Origin: Sumerlaeia bacterium
GTDB taxonomy: Bacteria; Sumerlaeota; Sumerlaeia; SLMS01; JAHLLQ01
Reading direction: 5' to 3'
NCBI GenBank assembly: GCA_040219255.1
Contig: JAVJSW010000068.1
Coordinates: 64,001 to 128,000, forward strand
DNA length: 64,000 bases
A program made the position numbers and the translations under genes. This document shows positions 57,587-64,000 of the stretch, piece after piece (the stretch's first letter is position 1; every line of letters starts with the position of its first letter). A model generated the notes under the pieces. The model searched no databases, was not told the DNA's origin, and saw only the letters and a list, made by a program, of their open reading frames with translations.

Positions 57587-59116
57587 ATGCATCCGTTTTT
57601 CAAAAGCCGCCACCTGCTCTTCGGCGGCCTCCTTGCCGCCAGCGGCGCCTGCGTCTCCAGCGCCCCGGCCCAGCTTATCATCAGCCAGGTGATGTTCAAT
57701 TCCGCCGCCGCTACGGAAACTAACTGGGAATTCGTCGAGGTTTACAACACCACCGGCACCCCCGTCGACATGAGCGGCTGGGTCCTGGCCGACGACGATG
57801 TCGCCCCCTCCGGCGCCAACATCGCCTCGGGCACCGTGCCCGCCAACGGTGTGGCTTACCTCTTCAACGCCGCCCAGACCGAAGCGCAGTGGGAAGCCGC
57901 CTGGGCCGATGTGAACGCCATCGCCGTAACCGAATTCCCCGCACTGGGCAACAACGGTGACTTGGTTGCCATTTACAGCTCCTTCGCGAACTTCACTGGT
58001 ATGACGCCGGTCAACTCCATCGACTACTCCACCGGTTTCCCGAGCGAAGGCAACGGCGAGGCCATCTACCTCACCGATGTGAACCTTGACAATACCGACG
58101 GCGCCAATTGGGACGTTGTCGAAGCGGGCGACGTCGGCAACACCAACAGCAACGGCACCAGCGGCACCTTCCGCCAGAGCGTGGACGCCAACGGCAACGG
58201 CGGCAACGACTTTGCCTCCCTCGTTATCACCGGCAACACCCCCCCTTCGGTCTCAAACGCGGGCATCGATCCGCTGCCCTCCGGCGGCGAGTCCATCACC
58301 TTCAGCGTGGACGCCACCGATGACGACGGCTCCATCGCCGCCGTCCGCCTCTTCACCAGCATCGACAGCGACACCGGCCCCTTCACGGAAACGGCCATGA
58401 CGCTCAGCAGCGGCGACACCTACACGGCCTCCATCACCGCCGCCCCCACGGGCCAGTTCACCTACTTCTACATCGAAGTGGAAGACAGCAGCGGCGGCAT
58501 CGTCAACGTCGGCACCGAGCCCCAGCCGCGCCGCGTTTACTCCAACGCGAACCGCGCTCCCCTGGGCGAAATCGTCATCAACGAAATCATGTACAACACC
58601 GGCCTGTCTCAGCCCGCCGACGAAGGCGGCGAGTGGATCGAACTGCTCAACACCGGCAGCTCCAGCTACGACCTGTCCTACTTCGTCCTGGCCGACGACG
58701 GCGGCAACACCTCCACCCTGCCCATGGGCACCACCATCGGCGCCAACGGCTACCTGGTGCTGGCGGACAACGCCACCACCTTCACCAGCTACGGCCCCTG
58801 GGCCGCCAGCGCCGGCTCCACCCCCATCGTGGAATTCGGCCCCGATCCCGCCCTCAACAACGGAGGCGACAGCGTCATCCTCTACGCCGACGATTTCCTG
58901 ACCGAGTACGACCGCGTCGATTACAGCGATGTCGCTCCCTGGGATCCGAATGCCGACGGCACCGGCGCCAGCCTGGAGCTGATCGATCCCAGCATGGACA
59001 ATAACGTCGCGTCGAACTGGACCGCCTCGGACGCCAGCAACGTCGACGGCTCGCCGGGCGCCCCGAACCTGGGCATCGAGCCGGCCAGCGCCACCGGCTG
59101 GGACCGCTACCAGTAA
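57587..59116 (+). CDS. Secreted protein with two lamin-tail domains
   Basis: IISQVMFN..WEFVEVYN..VDMSGW, LGNNGD; VINEIMYN..EWIELLN..DLS, LNNGGD, GSPGAPN; C-terminal SATGWDRYQ. Confidence 0.88.
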   Translation: MHPFFKSRHLLFGGLLAASGACVSSAPAQLIISQVMFNSAAATETNWEFVEVYNTTGTPVDMSGWVLADDDVAPSGANIASGTVPANGVAYLFNAAQTEAQWEAAWADVNAIAVTEFPALGNNGDLVAIYSSFANFTGMTPVNSIDYSTGFPSEGNGEAIYLTDVNLDNTDGANWDVVEAGDVGNTNSNGTSGTFRQSVDANGNGGNDFASLVITGNTPPSVSNAGIDPLPSGGESITFSVDATDDDGSIAAVRLFTSIDSDTGPFTETAMTLSSGDTYTASITAAPTGQFTYFYIEVEDSSGGIVNVGTEPQPRRVYSNANRAPLGEIVINEIMYNTGLSQPADEGGEWIELLNTGSSSYDLSYFVLADDGGNTSTLPMGTTIGANGYLVLADNATTFTSYGPWAASAGSTPIVEFGPDPALNNGGDSVILYADDFLTEYDRVDYSDVAPWDPNADGTGASLELIDPSMDNNVASNWTASDASNVDGSPGAPNLGIEPASATGWDRYQ

Positions 59117-59160
59117 ACCCGGCCCCGCCGGCCTCCAACCCGTCCACCCCAACGCACAAC

Positions 59161-59205
59161 GCCCCCGCCAGACAGCGAACCGTCCGGCGGGGGCGCTTTC
59201 GTTTT
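59161..59205 (+). terminator. Rho-independent terminator
   Basis: gcccccgccagac...gtccggcgggggc followed by gctttcgtttt. Confidence 0.7.
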
Positions 59206-59230
59206 CAAGGACCTGCCGACGCCCGGGACG

Positions 59231-59452
59231 CTAGATCTTCCCCTCGATCACCCAGCAGATCGCCGCCAGCACCCCGACGAAAAACACCGCCATGACGCCG
59301 CACATCAGCGCCGCAAAGCTGGGGCAGTGGCGCCCCACGCTCTCCAGCGTCCGAACGCAGAAGCAATCGAACGGATGGGCCGGCTTGCCCTCGCGGGCCG
59401 CGTCGGCGGCGGTCAAATCGGCGAGTTGCGGAGAACGGCGCGAAAACAACAT
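59231..59452 (-). CDS. Small membrane protein
   Basis: AGGAGG upstream; 73 aa with one C-terminal TM helix. Confidence 0.45.
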   Translation of the reverse strand: MLFSRRSPQLADLTAADAAREGKPAHPFDCFCVRTLESVGRHCPSFAALMCGVMAVFFVGVLAAICWVIEGKI

Positions 59453-59638
59453 GAGGGGGTTCCTCCTGGGGCTTAAGGGACAGTCAATGTGTAAACGGTA
59501 GTTCACCTTCTCCCGCTCCGTCAAGTGAAAACCCGAGCGCTCCAAAGCTTTGTTCGTGTCAATATCACACTTTATCCTTGCGCTCTCGTCCCCCCTCCCC
59601 TACCGTCGTGCCATCGCTCACCGAACGGGAGGCCCGCC

Positions 59639-60442
59639 ATGACACCCGCCGCCGACACGATGCTCCTCATCATCGACCCGCAACGCGATTTCTGCCACCC
59701 GCGAGGCAGCCTTTTCGTCCCCGGCGCGCCCGAAGACCTGGAGCGCCTCACCGCCCTTCTCGACCGCCGCGGCGCGGACATCGACACGGTCGCCGTGACG
59801 CTCGACAGCCACCAACTCCTCGACGTCGGACACCCGCTCTTCTGGCGCGACCCCCTCGGCAATCGGCCCGAGCCCTTCACCACCATCCGCCACGAAGACG
59901 TGGCCGAAGGACGCTGGACCCCCTACGATCCGGCCCTGCGCCCCCGCATGCTGGAGTACACGCGGCTTCTGAAGACTCACGGCCGCTACGACCTGACGAT
60001 CTGGCCGCCCCACTGCCTGATCGGCACGGAAGGCCACGCCATCGCCGAACCGCTGCAGGGCGCCCTGCGCCGCTGGGTCGAGGCCCGCCAGCGCCCCATC
60101 ACCTTCATCCCCAAAGGCGCCAACATCCACACCGAGCATTACAGTGCCATCCAGGCCGACGTGCCCGATCCAGCGGATCCGGCGACGGGGCGGAACACGG
60201 CGCTGCTGGAGGCGATCCGCGCGGCGGGATCCGTCGCCATCGCGGGTCAGGCGCTGAGCCACTGCGTCGCCAACACGGTGCGCGACATCGTGGGGGCCTT
60301 GCCCGCCGAAGAGCATGGCAAGCTGCACCTGCTCCGCGACACGACAAGCCCGGTTCCGGGCTTCGACGCGCAGGCGGAATGGTTCCTGGGCGAGGCGGCC
60401 GCCGCCGGGGTCCGAGTCGTGACGGCGGCCGATTGGCCCTAA
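59639..60442 (+). CDS. Nicotinamidase-like isochorismatase-family hydrolase
   Basis: GGAGG SD; IIDPQRDF, LDSH, WPPHC, KG, AGQALSHCV. Confidence 0.88.
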   Translation: MTPAADTMLLIIDPQRDFCHPRGSLFVPGAPEDLERLTALLDRRGADIDTVAVTLDSHQLLDVGHPLFWRDPLGNRPEPFTTIRHEDVAEGRWTPYDPALRPRMLEYTRLLKTHGRYDLTIWPPHCLIGTEGHAIAEPLQGALRRWVEARQRPITFIPKGANIHTEHYSAIQADVPDPADPATGRNTALLEAIRAAGSVAIAGQALSHCVANTVRDIVGALPAEEHGKLHLLRDTTSPVPGFDAQAEWFLGEAAAAGVRVVTAADWP

Positions 60443-60508
60443 GGGGGCACAAGGCTGGAGAGCCCTCGCTACATAACCTTGTTTTTGCGCGACTTATGCG
60501 TTGGAAAG

Positions 60509-60652
60509 GTCGCACGGGCGTCTCGCCCGTGACCCGCCAGCCTTAGCCGACGCCCGTGAGCCGCTGCATCGAGGAGGCTTTCGGGAGAGCGGGAGGAAGG
60601 CTGGCTCTGGGAGGAAAAGCGCCGCCGGACGCGGCTCGGAAGACCGTCCAAC
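60509..60652. repeat. Cargo-free REP doublet (REPIN-like) between convergent genes
   Basis: Left gtcgcacgggcg-tct-cgcccgtg; right inverted gttggacggtcttccgagccgcgtcc; internal blocks match 32303-32344 and 35691-35712. Confidence 0.7.
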
Positions 60653-60658
60653 ACAGAG

Positions 60659-61744
60659 TTACGGCGTCGAATCCGCCGCCTGGGCCGCCGCTCCCGCCAG
60701 TTCGCCCTTCAGGTGCTCGAATGGGCCGACGATGGCGCCGGCTTCCACGGCGGCGCCTTCGACCACGGCGTGGCGGACGCGGACGCAGTGTTCGAGGGTG
60801 GCGTCGATCAGGGTGGCGTGGGGGCCGATGATGCAGCCTTCGCCGACGACCGATTGGCCCCGGATGATAGTAAAGGGCTGAAGAATCGTCTCGCGCCCGA
60901 TCACCGCCGTGCGATCGACGTAGGTGGTTTCCGGGTCGATGACGGTGACGCCGCTGTCCATGAGGGCGTTGAGCACGCGGCGCCGCAGGATGGCTTCGGC
61001 GTTGGCCAATTCCTGGCGGCTGTTGACGCCGACGACTTCGCTGGGGTCGGGGCAGACGCTGGCTTCCACGCCCCGGTGATCGCGGCGCAGGACTTTGACG
61101 GTGTCGGTCAGGTAGTACTCGCCCTGGACGTTGTCGTTGTCGAGGTGATCGAGGGCGGTGAGGAGGGCCTGCGCGTCGAAAGCGTAAATGCCGGTGTTGA
61201 TTTCCTTGATGGCGCGCTGGGCTTCGGTGGCGTCCTTGTGTTCGACGATGCCGCGGACGGCGCCGTATTCGTCGCGCTGGATGCGGCCATAGCCGGTCGG
61301 GTCCTGGAGATGGGTGGTCAGGACGGCGCAGGCGCAGGTCATTTCGCGGCGGCGCTCGACCAGAGCGCTCAGCGTTTCCGTGCGCAGCAGCGGCCCATCG
61401 CCGTTCAGCACCAGCACATCCACCCCGTCCGGGTTAGCGGCCACGAGATCGCGCAACGGCCCGGCCGCCATCATGACGGCGTGGCCGGTGCCAAGTTGCT
61501 TCTCCTGGAGGACGCAGGTGGCGCGGGCGCCGATGTGGGCCTCGACGTCGTCGGCGCGGTGGCCGACGACGACAAAGGCACCCTGGGGCCCGAGGGGCTC
61601 GACGGCGTCGAGCACGCAATCGATCATGGCCCGGCCGCCAACCTGGTGCAGCACCTTGGGCAGTTCGGTTTTCATCCGCGAGCCCTTGCCGGCGGCGAGG
61701 ATCACGACGGCGAGCTTGCGATTGGACGGGGGGATCTGAGTCAT
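60659..61744 (-). CDS. glmU: GlmU-like UDP-GlcNAc pyrophosphorylase with short left-handed beta-helix (361 aa)
   Basis: LAAGKGSRMK..PKVLH, QLGTGHA, GYGRI, EINTG, EYYLTD, GVNSR; ends early in the hexapeptide region. Confidence 0.85.
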   Translation of the reverse strand: MTQIPPSNRKLAVVILAAGKGSRMKTELPKVLHQVGGRAMIDCVLDAVEPLGPQGAFVVVGHRADDVEAHIGARATCVLQEKQLGTGHAVMMAAGPLRDLVAANPDGVDVLVLNGDGPLLRTETLSALVERRREMTCACAVLTTHLQDPTGYGRIQRDEYGAVRGIVEHKDATEAQRAIKEINTGIYAFDAQALLTALDHLDNDNVQGEYYLTDTVKVLRRDHRGVEASVCPDPSEVVGVNSRQELANAEAILRRRVLNALMDSGVTVIDPETTYVDRTAVIGRETILQPFTIIRGQSVVGEGCIIGPHATLIDATLEHCVRVRHAVVEGAAVEAGAIVGPFEHLKGELAGAAAQAADSTP

Positions 61745-61889
61745 GAGGGGTTCGGTCACTTTCCTGAGCGGCCCGGCGGACAGGGCCGAAACCGGGGTCG
61801 AATGCGATGCGGACGTTAGTTGGAACGGGGAATGAAGGGCAAAAGGAAAACGGCGGACTGACACAGTGGCACGCGGCGGGGCCTGAATA

Positions 61890-62008
61890 GCCACGGATGG
61901 AGACGGATAGAGCAACGAATCGGAGAGTAGCCAGAACCGCGTGGGAACCGGCCTTGGTGAGGAGAATCTTGAAAAATATCCGAAGTCTTATCCGTGAAAA
62001 TCCGTGGC
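61890..62008. repeat. Family A inverted-repeat element, copy 2 (opposite orientation)
   Basis: gccacggatggagacggat ... atccgtgaaaatccgtggc. Confidence 0.6.
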
Positions 62009-62117
62009 CACCTTTTCCGGGGCGTCCACCCTGGCGCCCGATTCCGCTTTCGCTCCGCCATTGCGCGCCCGCACAGTTCTCCACAGTCCCAACTTCCGCG
62101 AAGCGAAAGCCCCATCC

Positions 62118-63260
62118 ATGTCCGACCCAACTCTGTCCCTCATACCTGGCCGCGCGTCCGAGGCCGGTACGCAAGGGTTCGCCACCCGCCACGACGCGCT
62201 CAAGAAGGCCGGTGCCTATCGCGAGTGGCGGGGGCTGTGCGTCTCGACGGTCGGCATGGGGACGTACCTGGGCGAGGCCACGGCGGAGGACCGGGCAGCC
62301 TATCGCGGGGCGGCGAAGACGGCGCTGTCGCTGGGCGTGAACGTCTTCGACACGGCGATCAATTACCGCCATCAAGCCAGCGAACGCGACATCGGCGCGG
62401 CCCTGGGCGCGGCCTTCGACGCGGGAACCGCCTCCCGCGAGGAAGTCTTCGTCAGCACCAAGGGCGGGTTCCTGCCCTTCGATTGCGACGACAACGAGGG
62501 CGATCCGCGGGCCTATCTGGCAAAGGTTTACCTGAAATCCGAGCTGTGTCCGCCGGACGAAATCGTGGCCGGTTGCCAATGCCTGGCGCCCGCCTACCTG
62601 ACCGATCAGATCGCCCGCAGCCGGCGCAATCTGGGGCTCGAAACGCTGGACTTATACTACCTGCACAACCCGGAAATGCAGCTTGGCGAAGTGCGCCGTC
62701 CCGAGTTCCTACGCCGCATCCGGGGGGCTTTCGAGGCCCTGGCCCGAGCCCGCGCCGACGGCCACATCGGCATCTATGGCGTGGCCACCTGGGATGGGTT
62801 GCGCCAGGTCCCGGACGCGAGCGATGGGCGCCTGCTCCTCGAAGACTTGCGCCGAGCCGCCATCGAGGTCGAAGGCTCGCAACACGGCTTCCGCGCGATC
62901 CAGTTGCCGCTGAACCTGGGCATGACCGAGGCGCTCTGCGTCGAGCACGACCCCCGCAACCACCCGGGCCGCACGGTGCTCGAGGTGGCGGAGGCCCTGG
63001 GCTTGATGGTCATGACCAGCGCGTCGCTGCTGCAAGGGCGCCTGGCGAGTGGCCTTCCGGCCCAGTTCGCCCGCCTCTTTCCCGGCTGCGAGACGGACGC
63101 CGAGCGGGCCCTGCAACACACGCGCTCGGCGCCGGGCGTGACCACGGCGCTAGTGGGCATGAAGACGGAGGCCCACGTGCGCGAGAACGCCGGGCTCCTG
63201 GCCAAACCGCGCATGCGGCCGGAAATCATCGCCAAGCTCTATGCCGGGGCGCGGGGCTGA
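62118..63260 (+). CDS. Aldo/keto reductase
   Basis: GMGTY, FDTAINYR..SER, STKGG, LDLYYLHNPE, IQLPLN. Confidence 0.9.
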   Translation: MSDPTLSLIPGRASEAGTQGFATRHDALKKAGAYREWRGLCVSTVGMGTYLGEATAEDRAAYRGAAKTALSLGVNVFDTAINYRHQASERDIGAALGAAFDAGTASREEVFVSTKGGFLPFDCDDNEGDPRAYLAKVYLKSELCPPDEIVAGCQCLAPAYLTDQIARSRRNLGLETLDLYYLHNPEMQLGEVRRPEFLRRIRGAFEALARARADGHIGIYGVATWDGLRQVPDASDGRLLLEDLRRAAIEVEGSQHGFRAIQLPLNLGMTEALCVEHDPRNHPGRTVLEVAEALGLMVMTSASLLQGRLASGLPAQFARLFPGCETDAERALQHTRSAPGVTTALVGMKTEAHVRENAGLLAKPRMRPEIIAKLYAGARG

Positions 63261-63278
63261 ATCGTCCATCGAGCCATT

Positions 63279-64000
63279 TCAGCGCCGCCGCAGGCCATGG
63301 CCGGGGCGCTTGAGATCGGGGCGGAGGACGCCGTTTTCGTCAGGCTGCGGGGCGCCGTCAAAGCACTCGCGTTCGATACGCACGTGGTCGTGAAACCATT
63401 CGAGGTGGCGCAGCATGGGGCTGGCGCAGGCCACCGGCAGGTGCAGCGCCGGCGCGCAATGGCACGACAGCGGGACCTTGAACGCCTCGGCCAGCGCCGC
63501 CACCCGCAGAAAGCCCGTGTAGCCCCCGCAGCGCGTCACGTCGGCCTGTAAGACATCGACGGCTCCGGCCTGCAAAATCTTCAGGAAATCGGCGGGGCGC
63601 CAACCGTACTCGCCACTGGAGACTTCCATGGCGGCGGGGGCGCGGGCGCGGACTTCGGCCATGCCGGCCAGGTCGCGATGATCGACCGGCTGCTCCATCC
63701 AACGCACATCGTGGCGGGCGAAGGCCTCCATGTGGCGGAGCGCTTCCTTGGGCGTCCAGGCTTCGTTGGCGTCCAAAAAGAGCTGCACGTCCGGGCCGAT
63801 GGCGCCGCGGGCGGCGGCCACGCGCTCGGCGTCCGAGGCGGCATCGCGGCCCACTTTCATCTTCACGGCGGGCAGGCCCGCGCGGGCCCAGCCGCCGAGC
63901 TGATCGCGCAGTTCCTCCACGGATTGGGACGTGAAGCCTCCGCTGCCATAGACCGGCACGCCATCGCGGGCGAGGCCGAAGAGCCGCGCCAACGCCATCC
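63279..64000 (-). CDS. Mandelate racemase/enolase superfamily enzyme (5' part outside window)
   Basis: YGSGGFTS, KMKVG, DANE, MEQP, GEY, QADVTRCGG, PGHG. Confidence 0.9.
   Translation of the reverse strand, partial: MALARLFGLARDGVPVYGSGGFTSQSVEELRDQLGGWARAGLPAVKMKVGRDAASDAERVAAARGAIGPDVQLFLDANEAWTPKEALRHMEAFARHDVRWMEQPVDHRDLAGMAEVRARAPAAMEVSSGEYGWRPADFLKILQAGAVDVLQADVTRCGGYTGFLRVAALAEAFKVPLSCHCAPALHLPVACASPMLRHLEWFHDHVRIERECFDGAPQPDENGVLRPDLKRPGHGLRRR

Noticed and set aside
1-64000. Prophage, integron, tRNA or rRNA genes
   Set aside because: No integrase, phage structural genes, attC arrays or cloverleaf/rRNA signatures were recognised by eye.

Overview
GC-rich bacterial chromosomal window with about 46 CDS and no rRNA, tRNA or CRISPR array that I can see. 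Several secreted-protein features suggest Ca. Sumerlaeota/BRC1 or a PVC-like lineage (inference only): half-dockerin C-terminal tags, a W-x-x-Y C-terminal tail, and a pseudopilin with DPF/SxGPD motifs. Content: mglA-mglB, a shortened hrpB, a GHL10 hydrolase, mgtE, large secreted or surface proteins (S8 protease, lamin-tail, Ig/PT-rich, Gly-rich), AspAT, rlpA, an orphan Rhs toxin-immunity island, FHA-GAF-PP2C and STAS-TPR signalling genes, lpxL, mlaE, a RAYT transposase, a Ser/Thr kinase, a radical SAM protein, a short glmU and others. Two observations stand out. (1) A full-length, uninterrupted DnaE homologue (49292-52477) has lost the recognisable polymerase and PHP catalytic motifs but keeps a clamp-binding-like motif, so it is a candidate pseudo-polymerase. 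(2) The 3.3-kb Rhs/immunity island lies between the two halves of a GTAG-type REP doublet. A cargo-free copy of that doublet is at 60509-60652, and a RAYT is encoded in the same window, which suggests REPIN-like elements carrying toxin-immunity cargo. Two further families of short inverted-repeat-bounded elements are also present. All family assignments come from motifs recognised by eye; no database searches were run.
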